From the sequence record PP496438.1: a stretch of 64,000 nucleotides of DNA; one strand, given 5' to 3'. The notes under the pieces were generated by a model. It made no database searches. It was not told where the DNA came from and worked only from the letters and a program-made list of their open reading frames with translations. Positions 37,774 to 47,335 of this stretch are shown piece by piece. Made by a program: the position numbers and the translations under genes. The first letter of the stretch is position 1. Every line of letters starts with the position of its first letter.

Positions 37774-38763
37774 ATGGCCCTTTCAATCTGGCCGCTGACC
37801 GAAGGTGAACTCGGTCAGGGCCTCGTCAACGAACTGAATCGTACCAGCAAGGCGCTGGTGAACCGGAGTATGTGGTCTTTGCCATTGCTCCGGCGTTTGT
37901 TTTATCGGCGCACCGAGATTGGTGTCCCGGAGCTACTCCACGTCTGTACCAGCATTCATCGGGGCAAGACTTACTTCTGCCTGTTGGTGAACTTCCGAGA
38001 CGTGGTGATGGGCAATCCCGACCAGTATGGCTGGGATCTGGCGGGCCGCTGGTTGTTCTACGACGTTGATCTGCTGGACACCCCGCCGTTCAAAGCGGTG
38101 AAGAAGTCCGTTGAGTCCCGTGCTACCAAGACCGAAGTGTCGTACGGTCAGGCTTTCCTCCCTTACGAGAAGAGCGATGAGGAATACGTCAAGTCCCTCA
38201 AGGGCAACTACAAGCCCCACATCTTCGGCGAGAAGTCCAAGCAGTATCGCATCTCATCGTACTTCGGACTGGCAGCGGTAGCCCCCTTCGCTCAAGCTCT
38301 GATGTGCTTCGGCATTCAGCGCGCCGAAAGGTTTATGGCCGAAGGGCAGAACGATGTCCTCCCCGAATTGTACGACCTGCCACTGCAACTGGCTGGTCTT
38401 GGTAACATCTCGAACACCCGCATCGGCTGTGTGACCATTGAAGTAGAAGGTACGATGGTAGGTGCTATCAGCATGTATGCTCAAGGTGCACTTGGTGATG
38501 CTGACATGCTGTATCTGCATGAAATCCTCATCGACCCGGACCCCAAGTGGAAGAGCTTGTCACTGGCTACTCTGCTGCACATTCATGCCGTCCTGTACTA
38601 TCGCCGATCCCTCCAGAAAGACGTAGTGTTCAATCTGGGCTACAACTTCGCCGACGGATATCAAGGTTACAAGGATGTCTTCCGGCCCAACGCCAATAGC
38701 TTCAACGTGTACACCGAGATGGACACCGAGCCCGGCGTACCACTGTCCTGTTTCAAGGGGTAA
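37774..38763 (+). CDS. GNAT/Fem-like (Acetyltransf_6-type) acyl/aminoacyl transferase
   Basis: LPYEKSDEEYVKSL...VEGTMVGAI...SLATLL...FNLG...GYKDVF pattern. Confidence 0.6.
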   Translation: MALSIWPLTEGELGQGLVNELNRTSKALVNRSMWSLPLLRRLFYRRTEIGVPELLHVCTSIHRGKTYFCLLVNFRDVVMGNPDQYGWDLAGRWLFYDVDLLDTPPFKAVKKSVESRATKTEVSYGQAFLPYEKSDEEYVKSLKGNYKPHIFGEKSKQYRISSYFGLAAVAPFAQALMCFGIQRAERFMAEGQNDVLPELYDLPLQLAGLGNISNTRIGCVTIEVEGTMVGAISMYAQGALGDADMLYLHEILIDPDPKWKSLSLATLLHIHAVLYYRRSLQKDVVFNLGYNFADGYQGYKDVFRPNANSFNVYTEMDTEPGVPLSCFKG

Positions 38764-38766
38764 GAC

Positions 38767-39768
38767 ATGTACACTCCGTATTCCCAAAACAGCCTTATGC
38801 AGTCGATCCCTCTGGATGACCAAGGTACATTCGCCCATCCACCGTACACGATGGAAGGAGAGTTCACCGACGTGTGGACGAATCCCAGCCTGTACGGGTT
38901 TGTTAGCTTGTTGAACGGTCAGAGCAATAGCCGGGCATATCGAGACTGGATGACCACCCACAATCTTCCAGCCCTGTTCCTCGGTCCGCACCATGAAGAC
39001 AACTTCTGGTTTGAATTCAGCACTGGTCTCGATTCCAACTGCACGCTGGATTACAACGAGATCAACGTCCAAGGCAACCTGCAGGACTTCCTTGGGAGAT
39101 TGACGTCATCTCGCCGTCGCTCCGTGCTCAAGGCAAAGGAAACGGATACAATGATCCACAAGGCAGGCTCGGTAGCCAACTTCAACCTGTATCATCCGGT
39201 AGAGGGTAGGCTGTATAGTCTGACCGTGATTCACGAACGCCGGGTGATGAAAGATATTTCCGAGTTTATCGAATCGAAACTCTGGAGTATGAAGCATACG
39301 CCTACTGACCTCACGTACGGTGCATTCACCACTCTGATGGACTACATCCGGTTGAAGCAGCGAGATGACACGCCGCTGGGCCACCGGTTGCGCAACGTAC
39401 AGCTCTTGGTTATCCGAGATGAACGCTCCGGGTTTATCGTGTCGGTACACCTGGTGGCGATCACCACGTTGAAAGATGAGTCCATGAACCCCATCAAGAC
39501 GTACATGCACTCCTTCGCACGCATCACTGTTCTCCCTGCACGCATCGCCTTACTTGCGTTGATCAAGGCGGTTCAAGAGTTAAACGTCACCAGTCAGTAT
39601 GCGTCCCGTGCACTGGCGAAGATCGACTATCTTGATGTGAGCAACGTGGTGCTGTCCGAGCGAGAGCAGTACAAGTCGGACTTCTTCACCGGCAAATGCC
39701 AAGTGCGTGCGTGGGCATCCCCGGCGCTGCTGGAACGGCAGTTACCTTTCGTCACGCCGATCCCGTAA
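38767..39768 (+). CDS. GNAT/Fem-like transferase
   Basis: QDFLGRLTSSRRRSVLKA and C-terminal YLDV...QYKSDF. Confidence 0.55.
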   Translation: MYTPYSQNSLMQSIPLDDQGTFAHPPYTMEGEFTDVWTNPSLYGFVSLLNGQSNSRAYRDWMTTHNLPALFLGPHHEDNFWFEFSTGLDSNCTLDYNEINVQGNLQDFLGRLTSSRRRSVLKAKETDTMIHKAGSVANFNLYHPVEGRLYSLTVIHERRVMKDISEFIESKLWSMKHTPTDLTYGAFTTLMDYIRLKQRDDTPLGHRLRNVQLLVIRDERSGFIVSVHLVAITTLKDESMNPIKTYMHSFARITVLPARIALLALIKAVQELNVTSQYASRALAKIDYLDVSNVVLSEREQYKSDFFTGKCQVRAWASPALLERQLPFVTPIP

Positions 39769-39771
39769 CTC

Positions 39772-39784
39772 TGTAAATGATGGG
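39772..39784 (+). promoter_or_regulatory. candidate phage promoter TGTAAATGATGGG
   Basis: Intergenic; 12-nt identity to the 8824-8835 site. Confidence 0.55.
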
Positions 39785-39822
39785 AACAGCCCCACCATCA
39801 CTTCATCTCTAGGGTAGTTCCC

Positions 39823-40875
39823 ATGCAAGACTTCGATAAGATAATGATCGATAGTAGTTTGACATCCAATCTGGTGTACGCAGGGTTGGGTAACTTGATC
39901 ACGCCCCGCGCACTTGACCTGCTGATCGAACATCAGGCTGCACTGGAAAACGTATACGCCAATCTGGAAACGGCCTATCAGATTACCCCACCCTTCCCCT
40001 GTGAAGCTGCATTCAATTCCCCTGACAAAGATCCTGTGCTGGTCGCCGACTATCTGAATGCTACTCCCGCCATCCGTTGCGGAGAGCTGTCTGGATTCGA
40101 GGCAAAGCCCGGCAGTTACTACCATGCGCCCGCCGCTGGTATCTCCCCGGAACATCGCATTGACGTACGTGGTATGTCTTTGCGTGAGTTCGACCACTAT
40201 CTGGTTGAGCGTAAGGAAGTATCCCGTATCACTACCAATCTGGTGGCCGACAAGTTCCGCTGTGAGACGCATGTGTACAAAGTGGATGAAGATCATATCC
40301 TGATCCATGACGCCGAACGAGTTGGGATCAGCCAGACGGACTTCCGCCGCATGTGGGCGCAGACCCGCCGCCGGGAAATCGCTGAAAACTATCTGCAGTA
40401 CATGCCCATCGAAGATTCCGCCAAGGATGATCAGGTGGTGCGACTGATCAACGAAGACGTAGCACGGGTGTTCGCCCAGAACGTCGACTACGACCGCATG
40501 ATTCCGCCCGAGCTGATCTTCGATGGTCAGGGCAAGCCGGTGCTGACCGTGCTGAAAGATTGCAACGCCAAGGTATTGGGCATTGGTGTGTACGTCATCT
40601 ACAAGTCAGCTGACCCAGAGCATGACAGCGAACTGCACTGGCGTGGCGCTTTCTACGATCACGAAGATCCTCGCGTAGCATCCATGGGCATTGAACACGC
40701 TCTGGTTGCCAGCGCACTGCACACAGCGTACGCCTGCAACGCGGTCCTCTATCTGACCAAGGCACCTAAGTCCGTGTGCGACGCATGGAAGACGGAAGTG
40801 CACCAAGGTTACGGTCTGGTCCGTAATGCGATGCCGGAACTGTCTGACACCCCTTACATTCTGGCTATCCAGTAA
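39823..40875 (+). CDS. GNAT-fold protein, ATE/Bpt-like aminoacyl transferase candidate
   Basis: C-terminal KVLGIGVY...GAFYD...SMGIEHAL resembles the FYDP...SLG motif of Arg/Leu-tRNA protein transferases. Confidence 0.45.
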   Translation: MQDFDKIMIDSSLTSNLVYAGLGNLITPRALDLLIEHQAALENVYANLETAYQITPPFPCEAAFNSPDKDPVLVADYLNATPAIRCGELSGFEAKPGSYYHAPAAGISPEHRIDVRGMSLREFDHYLVERKEVSRITTNLVADKFRCETHVYKVDEDHILIHDAERVGISQTDFRRMWAQTRRREIAENYLQYMPIEDSAKDDQVVRLINEDVARVFAQNVDYDRMIPPELIFDGQGKPVLTVLKDCNAKVLGIGVYVIYKSADPEHDSELHWRGAFYDHEDPRVASMGIEHALVASALHTAYACNAVLYLTKAPKSVCDAWKTEVHQGYGLVRNAMPELSDTPYILAIQ

Positions 40876-40908
40876 ATAGCCGGTAACTCCATCCATTGAG
40901 GTACTTCC

Positions 40909-42993
40909 ATGAAATCCGTGAACCCCATCTTCAAACACGTTCCCCAGTTCGACTGGCCTGTCATTCCCCGTGCGCAGTGGGAAGAGATCATCAAGGGAAA
41001 AGAGCATGTGATGTTCGACTCCTTCTCGCAGCTCGCTCAGGTGCTGGCTATCCCGGTGAGCAGTTACCAGTTCTACTTCGAAGATGGGTCCACGTTGTTC
41101 GCCGGTCCCGAAGCAACCTTCACCGCCGCCCCCTATCCGTTGTATCAGGATCTGGAATTCGTCCTGACCCCGGATGAGACGTTGGTGCCGGGTCTTGCAC
41201 TGGATACCAAACCGTGGGGCCTGTACACCGACGAATGGGTGGACAACTACGAAGGTGCGGACAAGGAAGACATCGGCAACAAGACCGGGTTCGAATTCAT
41301 TCCGCTGTCGGACGCTTTGAAACTGGTGGTCCTCAACACGGAGACCATGCAGCTCCAGTACACTGCAATCGAGAGCTTCACGTACGACGGCGTGACTTAC
41401 GTATACCTGCTGGCCGATGGCGTGTGCTGGGTACTGGCGGGCAAGTCCGGTGGTCTGGTTGCCAGCGAGCATGACAAAGGCGCGGCGTTCATCATGGTGT
41501 CCCATCCCGAGTTCGCCGGGTGCAGCGTAGACAACATGTACCCAAGTGAGTTCGGTGAAGCGGAAGCGACGTTCTACGTTCAAGACGAGGAACACAATTA
41601 CCTGGACGCGGCTAACCGCATCTTCGAGGAAGCCAAGGACGTAGGCGCTGGCACGTTCCTGACCATTGAGACCGGTGATGGATTGCCGACCGCGCTGGCG
41701 TACAACCTGCGGTACAGTGATGTGGCCCACGTTAATCTGCCGATGCACAACATCCACCAGTTCACTTCTCTTCACGTACGACTGGGTGAGACGCCTAACT
41801 TCTCCGAGGCCCCGGAAGCGTGCCGCATGAAAGAGGTGATGGAGTATCTGGCGGACCCTGAGTCCCCGGTAGATCATTACTGGTCGGCCATCATGGTACT
41901 GGAGAAGAACTTCCCCGGTTTCGCCGACGCCCTGAAAGACTCCAGTGTCCCGACCCGTGACATCGTGCACTCCAAACAGGCGTTCAGCTTGGAGATCGAT
42001 CGCCAGTTCGGCAAGGAAGTGGCAAGCAAGATCGGGCTGAACACTGGCGTATTCGCTCAAGTGAAAGACCGTGATGAATGGCTGGTACGCAAACACGAGT
42101 TCCCTACCGATAAGGTGGCCGTCAAGTACAACACCAAACACTTCATCGGCATCTTCGACAAGGACGAGGTATCGAAGTCCATCAACATGTGGCTGGCTGG
42201 TCAACCCGGAGAGTCGCTGATGATCGAAGAGTACTTCGGTGAGGGCAATCAGGAATTCAACCTGTGCTACGTGATCAACGAAGATTTCGTGCAGCCGACG
42301 CTGTTCCTGTGCGAAGTCAACAAGATCCTCAGCAATGACACCGGCGGCAAAGGTGGCAACACGCTGGCCTGCCATGATGCTCGTATTAACAAGTACCCTG
42401 AGTTCTTCGAGCCGGTCAATAATGCGCTTGCTAACCTGCATGAGCACGTGGAAGGTGTGAAGGGCTGGGTTGACCTGAGCTTCATGGTTCGCGACGGTAT
42501 CCCATACTTCACAGAGTGGTGCATTCGCATCGGCTGCTCCAACAACGCCACCATCGTGCGCCAGATGGAGACCCCGCTCGACGTCCTGTTGACTAACGTG
42601 GTCAACAAGGTGCATACCGAGCTGTCTTGGAAACACTCCATGTCTGTCAGCGTGGACATCTACAGCATGCCGCTATCCGCAGGCAACGACGCCAACATGC
42701 AGTTCACCGACTCGCTGACCACTCCGGTAGAGATGGTGTCCCCGCTCAATCTGGAACTGGCGGCGGAGAGTTTCTTCGACCCGATTGATTCGGCCTGGAA
42801 CGCGGTGTACGACGGCTACATCGTCGAGGCGTATAATCGCTATGGCACCGTCTCGGGGTACTCCACCAACTGGAACTTCGCCTGCAATGCGGCGTATAAT
42901 CACTTGAAAGATCAGTCGGTGTTGTACGGAGCGTACCGCGAAGCGCCTGCCCACCATGACCCACTGACTCTGTTCCCTTTCCTCAAGGCGTAA
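40909..42993 (+). CDS. PurD (GAR synthetase)-like ATP-grasp ligase with ~270-aa N-terminal extension
   Basis: SKQAFSLEIDRQFGKE, VAVK, MIEEYF, NDTGGKGGN, GWVDLSFM and FTEWCIRIG follow the PurD motif order. Confidence 0.75.
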   Translation: MKSVNPIFKHVPQFDWPVIPRAQWEEIIKGKEHVMFDSFSQLAQVLAIPVSSYQFYFEDGSTLFAGPEATFTAAPYPLYQDLEFVLTPDETLVPGLALDTKPWGLYTDEWVDNYEGADKEDIGNKTGFEFIPLSDALKLVVLNTETMQLQYTAIESFTYDGVTYVYLLADGVCWVLAGKSGGLVASEHDKGAAFIMVSHPEFAGCSVDNMYPSEFGEAEATFYVQDEEHNYLDAANRIFEEAKDVGAGTFLTIETGDGLPTALAYNLRYSDVAHVNLPMHNIHQFTSLHVRLGETPNFSEAPEACRMKEVMEYLADPESPVDHYWSAIMVLEKNFPGFADALKDSSVPTRDIVHSKQAFSLEIDRQFGKEVASKIGLNTGVFAQVKDRDEWLVRKHEFPTDKVAVKYNTKHFIGIFDKDEVSKSINMWLAGQPGESLMIEEYFGEGNQEFNLCYVINEDFVQPTLFLCEVNKILSNDTGGKGGNTLACHDARINKYPEFFEPVNNALANLHEHVEGVKGWVDLSFMVRDGIPYFTEWCIRIGCSNNATIVRQMETPLDVLLTNVVNKVHTELSWKHSMSVSVDIYSMPLSAGNDANMQFTDSLTTPVEMVSPLNLELAAESFFDPIDSAWNAVYDGYIVEAYNRYGTVSGYSTNWNFACNAAYNHLKDQSVLYGAYREAPAHHDPLTLFPFLKA

Positions 42994-42996
42994 TCC

Positions 42997-44157
42997 ATGA
43001 GCACTCCATTCCAAGAGTTCACCCTAGAGGGGTGGATTCAACATATGAATCAGGATCAAATCTGGAAGCGGTACGCCAACGATCATCCTAACAGGGTTGA
43101 GTTCAGCCCTGTTTGGCGTGACGAGATGTATCGGTTGATGGTACAGTTCAAAGAGCTGCTGCCGATGTCGTTCTCCAATCCGGTGTACGGCTTCACCGAA
43201 GGCTATCTGGAAGGGTTCGGACTCCAGCCTTTCTACGGCGATGATCCTTTCAATCCGATGGTTCAGCCTCTTAGCCATCCTCTGGTTCACGTGGGCTTCC
43301 CACTCACACTGGACGAGATCGTAGCGAGCGTGCGGGACTGGCAGTCCCTGAGCGATCACCTGGGGCGTCCGCAACTGGTCGATACATTCGAGCCGGTTTC
43401 ACTGCTAGCGCGCAACCTGTACGAGCCTAACGCGCTGCTGGCCGTACGGAACAAGGAAGAGATCGTGATGAACGGGGGCACGCCCGCGAACTACTTCCTC
43501 TGGCTGAATAGCCCGGTCACCGAACTCAAAGACGACTTCGACGTTTATCTGGCCAGCCTGACCAAGAAGCGCCGCTACAAAGTGAAGCAGGCGTTGGCGA
43601 CGGTAGGCACCGAAGAGAATCCCCGGATCAGCGTCAGCACCGGGTCTCGTTTCGGCGAAGGGCTGTTGTCCGATCAGGTGGACAGCATCCTTGCTACGTT
43701 CGAAGATCCAGTGGACATCGAGTGCATGCTTCTTCAGTTGCTATTCGGGGTTGCAACCTGCAATACCCATCCGCATCTTGTCGATCTGGTGTGTGCAGAC
43801 CAGCAGTTGGGGATCTTCATCAAGCGTAACGGCCACACGATGAACTTCCTCTACAACCGCGACCCGGACAACCGCGCTGATTCAGGCATAAACCTGCTTA
43901 CCCAGTACGTGCGCCATCTGCACATGAACCGACCGGAAGGTGTTATGTACGTGGACCCGACATGCCGATATCGGCCTGACGAGGACAGTATGAACACCTA
44001 CAAGCGGGTGATCACCAACGAGAACCGGTATCACCCAATGCCGTTCGTCTCGGCTGACCCTGCGCACATCGAAGGTGTGCTTACCCCGGCGTTCATTGCA
44101 GGCCATTGGCAGATGTCGGCGTCCAACGGACCGGCCAACCCCGAGATGATGGAGTAA
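42997..44157 (+). CDS. GNAT/Fem-like transferase
   Basis: FDVYLASLTKKRRYKVKQA, GINLL and TYKRV. Confidence 0.65.
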   Translation: MSTPFQEFTLEGWIQHMNQDQIWKRYANDHPNRVEFSPVWRDEMYRLMVQFKELLPMSFSNPVYGFTEGYLEGFGLQPFYGDDPFNPMVQPLSHPLVHVGFPLTLDEIVASVRDWQSLSDHLGRPQLVDTFEPVSLLARNLYEPNALLAVRNKEEIVMNGGTPANYFLWLNSPVTELKDDFDVYLASLTKKRRYKVKQALATVGTEENPRISVSTGSRFGEGLLSDQVDSILATFEDPVDIECMLLQLLFGVATCNTHPHLVDLVCADQQLGIFIKRNGHTMNFLYNRDPDNRADSGINLLTQYVRHLHMNRPEGVMYVDPTCRYRPDEDSMNTYKRVITNENRYHPMPFVSADPAHIEGVLTPAFIAGHWQMSASNGPANPEMME

Positions 44158-44159
44158 CC

Positions 44160-45107
44160 ATGGCAAAGTCCAAAATGAGACGGTTGGCGATCAACCACAT
44201 CTATGACTTCTACCCGTTGTATCAGGTGATGTACGGGCGTGGCATGGAGACCAAAGCGTTCGAGGTATCCAAGTTCGCCAAGATGGTTATGGACTTCGAA
44301 GCCTCGACCAGTACTCGCCGGAAGTGGGACGTGCTGGAGCCCTTCAGCGGTATCAGTGAACACGAACACTTCTTCGCTGCGACCGGCCTGAACATCGAGC
44401 ACTACACCGGCATGGACATTGTGGTTCCAGATGGGGCCACGAACGTCATTCAAGGGGACATCATCACCGACACCCTTCCGTTTCACGTCAACGCAGTGTT
44501 CGCCTTCTACTACAGCTTGCAGAATGTACGGGACGCGGCGACCGGCATGCACACGCGGGCCAAGCTGGTGGAGTTCTTCGACAACATCATTGGTCATCTG
44601 CAAGTAAATGCGAACAAGAGCCGTATGCCCGCAGTGTTCGCGTTCCACCTTGACCAGCCTGAAGATCCTAATTACTATCTGACGTCCCGTGCCGACGTTG
44701 GAGGTGAACAGTCATGGACTGCACCCGCGTGTGGTCTGCTCGGGCAGTGGGTCAAGTGCAAGCCGACTGACACTCTGGAAGTCAAGTGCAATCTGGATAC
44801 CTGGTACAACCGCGTGCAGTGCACAGCGTATGATCAGGCAGAGGACATTCAGATTCTGGTAAATGGGAAAGTAACCGCTGTCGTAGACATCGAGCAGCCG
44901 TTCACCCATCGGGTCTGGACCGAGCATGAGGTCATCGATATCCTGCGGGGTCTGGACTACAATCTGCACTTCCACATGTACAACGGCACCCTCTCCAATT
45001 ACGACTTCTTGATGACCCGGCTGGACGACAAGCCCGTTCCCGGCGATGAAGAGTCTAATACTAATCAGATGACAACTGATATGTTGGTTGTCGTTAATCC
45101 GAGGTAA
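44160..45107 (+). CDS. class I SAM-dependent methyltransferase
   Basis: VLEPFSG (motif I variant), GMDI, IQGDI, NAVFAFYYSL; GGAG RBS before ATG 44160. Confidence 0.6.
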   Translation: MAKSKMRRLAINHIYDFYPLYQVMYGRGMETKAFEVSKFAKMVMDFEASTSTRRKWDVLEPFSGISEHEHFFAATGLNIEHYTGMDIVVPDGATNVIQGDIITDTLPFHVNAVFAFYYSLQNVRDAATGMHTRAKLVEFFDNIIGHLQVNANKSRMPAVFAFHLDQPEDPNYYLTSRADVGGEQSWTAPACGLLGQWVKCKPTDTLEVKCNLDTWYNRVQCTAYDQAEDIQILVNGKVTAVVDIEQPFTHRVWTEHEVIDILRGLDYNLHFHMYNGTLSNYDFLMTRLDDKPVPGDEESNTNQMTTDMLVVVNPR

Positions 45108-45109
45108 GC

Positions 45110-46027
45110 ATGGCTAAGCCCAAGGTTCCAACCAAGACGATCCCCACGTTGTACCAAGACTGGGGATTGTACAGCGCCATCTGCGAACTGCCGCAGGAGA
45201 CGATGCTGATGATGTCGCGCTTCGTGGCAGACCGAACCATTGAGCACGCTGAGCGTATCGATCAGGTAATGGTCGAGATCATGGAACCCTTCAGCGGCCC
45301 AATCCCGTATTACGAGCCAGACATCCGCAGCTTCCTGACCCGCGCTAAGCTTGATCTGTACACGTACGATCACGTCGAATACCTGGATCACGGCAAACTG
45401 TCGGAAGACAACGGCATCATCATCGGTGACATTACCACCATCGATCTGAAGCAGAAGTACGACGTCATCTACGGCAGTTACGGCAGCTTGGCCTGCCTGC
45501 TGCTGGATCAGACGCACAACAAAGCGTACGAAAAGTCGCACGCGGCGCTGGTCAACATCCGCAACCACCTGAAACCCAACGGCATCTTCATCCTGAACGC
45601 CAACGGGTCCAGTGAGAGCCTACTGAACAACCTGCTGAACTCCGATGAGCCGGATCAGGAGATTCGCGTTCGTCCGGGATCGCAGCTTGGCAAGAAGTTC
45701 GGCATCAAGCCGGACAGCAACGCGCTGCTTCGCTTCACCTATCACGTGGAGTACGACCGACGCACCACCTGCACCATGTGCCACTACAGCGATATGGTGC
45801 TGTCTGTAAATGGGGTTGACATCCAGCGCTGGGAGGTGGAATCCCCGACGTATCTTGCTCCGCTGGACGAACCCGAACTAATTCGAATGGCAGGTATGGC
45901 TGGTTTCAATCTGGACAACACTGAGTTCTACGGATTGGACACCACCGGTTATCCTGCCTTCTTCAAAATGGATACGGTCTGCGACGGGTCATGGTCACCC
46001 GCCGAGTTCGTAGTCTTTCGCACCTAA
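45110..46027 (+). CDS. class I SAM-dependent methyltransferase
   Basis: MEPFSG, IGDI, YDVIYGSYGSL and HLKPNGIFIL. Confidence 0.8.
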   Translation: MAKPKVPTKTIPTLYQDWGLYSAICELPQETMLMMSRFVADRTIEHAERIDQVMVEIMEPFSGPIPYYEPDIRSFLTRAKLDLYTYDHVEYLDHGKLSEDNGIIIGDITTIDLKQKYDVIYGSYGSLACLLLDQTHNKAYEKSHAALVNIRNHLKPNGIFILNANGSSESLLNNLLNSDEPDQEIRVRPGSQLGKKFGIKPDSNALLRFTYHVEYDRRTTCTMCHYSDMVLSVNGVDIQRWEVESPTYLAPLDEPELIRMAGMAGFNLDNTEFYGLDTTGYPAFFKMDTVCDGSWSPAEFVVFRT

Positions 46028-46037
46028 CGAGGTTCCT

Positions 46038-47273
46038 ATGAGCGTTATCATCCCCACCGTAGCGATGGAGAGTGGTCAGCCAGACATGATCATTCAAGGC
46101 TGTTCCACTGGTCGCGTCTCTATGGCCGAGCCTAACGAGAGCGCCAAACCCAAGTCTTCCAAGAAGCTGTACGAACGTGAAGACCTGATGGCGTACGACA
46201 GCGAGTCGGAGCACTGGCAGAAGCAGTTGGCCCGCCGCTACGCTCACCATGGTGAGATGGTCGGTGTGTTGAACAACGTCGAGGTGGTGCCGGAAGCCAC
46301 CTACCAGAACTTCGACATGAAGATCACTCCGTACACCGCGCAGTTGATGGATCAGAACGACCCCAACTGCCCGATTCGTCTGCAGTACATGCCGACCAAC
46401 AAAGAGCTGGAGTCGATTCAGCGTGAAGAGACCATGCACAACGAGCTGGGCGAGGAAGAGGACACCGTCCCCGGTACCTCGGTCGTGCACCGCTACCCGC
46501 GCCGCGTCTTGTTCCTGACCACCACCCAGTGCGCTAGCTTCTGCCGTTACTGCACCCGTGCACGCATCGTCTCTCACGGCGGTGAAGCGGCTATCACCAA
46601 GAAGCACCTGGACGCCAGCATCGACTACATCGCCTCGAACAAGGACATAGAAGACGTGTTGCTGTCCGGCGGTGACCCGTTCATCCTGCCAGACAACAAG
46701 CTCGACGAGATCCTCGGTCGTATCCGCGCCGAAGCACCTCACGTTCGCTTCCTGCGTATTGGTAGCCGACTGCCGGTACAGATGCCGACTCGTATCACTC
46801 CAGAGCTGTGCGAGATTCTGGAACGCCACAACGTCAACATGGTCAACATCCATGTGAACCACCCGAAAGAGGTCACCCCACTGCTGGCCTCCCGGATGAA
46901 GATGTTGCGCAAAGCTGGCGTGATGATCGGTAATCAGGCGGTCCTCCTGAAAGGCGTGAACGACTCCATCGAGGTGATGACCGAGCTGTGCTTGCGCATG
47001 GTCGAGATGGGTGTGCGTCCGTACTACGTCTACTCCAACGATCCGGTTGCGCAGGCCGCACACTTCACCGTCTCGCTCCGTGATATGCTGGACATCAACG
47101 AAGGCATGCGTGGCTTCCTGTCCGGCCCGGCAATGCCCACCTTCGTGGTGGACGGCGTGGGTGGCTTGGGCAAGATGCCCGTGCAGAAAGAGTATGTGAC
47201 AGTACTGGGGAGTGGTAAGATCTGGGCCACCAACTTCGAAGGAATGACCACTCGCATGCCCCATCTGGAGTAA
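46038..47273 (+). CDS. kamA: lysine 2,3-aminomutase (KamA/EpmB family radical SAM)
   Basis: HRYPRRVL, CASFCRYC (CxxxCxxC), SGGDPF, HVNHPKE, NQAVLLKGVND, PYY and GGLGKMP (PLP lysine). Confidence 0.93.
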   Translation: MSVIIPTVAMESGQPDMIIQGCSTGRVSMAEPNESAKPKSSKKLYEREDLMAYDSESEHWQKQLARRYAHHGEMVGVLNNVEVVPEATYQNFDMKITPYTAQLMDQNDPNCPIRLQYMPTNKELESIQREETMHNELGEEEDTVPGTSVVHRYPRRVLFLTTTQCASFCRYCTRARIVSHGGEAAITKKHLDASIDYIASNKDIEDVLLSGGDPFILPDNKLDEILGRIRAEAPHVRFLRIGSRLPVQMPTRITPELCEILERHNVNMVNIHVNHPKEVTPLLASRMKMLRKAGVMIGNQAVLLKGVNDSIEVMTELCLRMVEMGVRPYYVYSNDPVAQAAHFTVSLRDMLDINEGMRGFLSGPAMPTFVVDGVGGLGKMPVQKEYVTVLGSGKIWATNFEGMTTRMPHLE

Positions 47274-47335
47274 GCGGCACAGACACTCCCTAGTTCCAGT
47301 GTACAAGCTTCAAACGCCCCATTTGCGCTAGGTCC

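Noticed and set aside
37774-46027. O-antigen or exopolysaccharide modification locus
   Set aside because: No glycosyltransferase, nucleotide-sugar enzyme or membrane protein in the cluster.
46038-47273. EF-P beta-lysylation or N-acetyl-beta-lysine osmolyte pathway
   Set aside because: No epmA, efp or clear ablB neighbour; the context is a larger transferase cluster. Not fully excluded.
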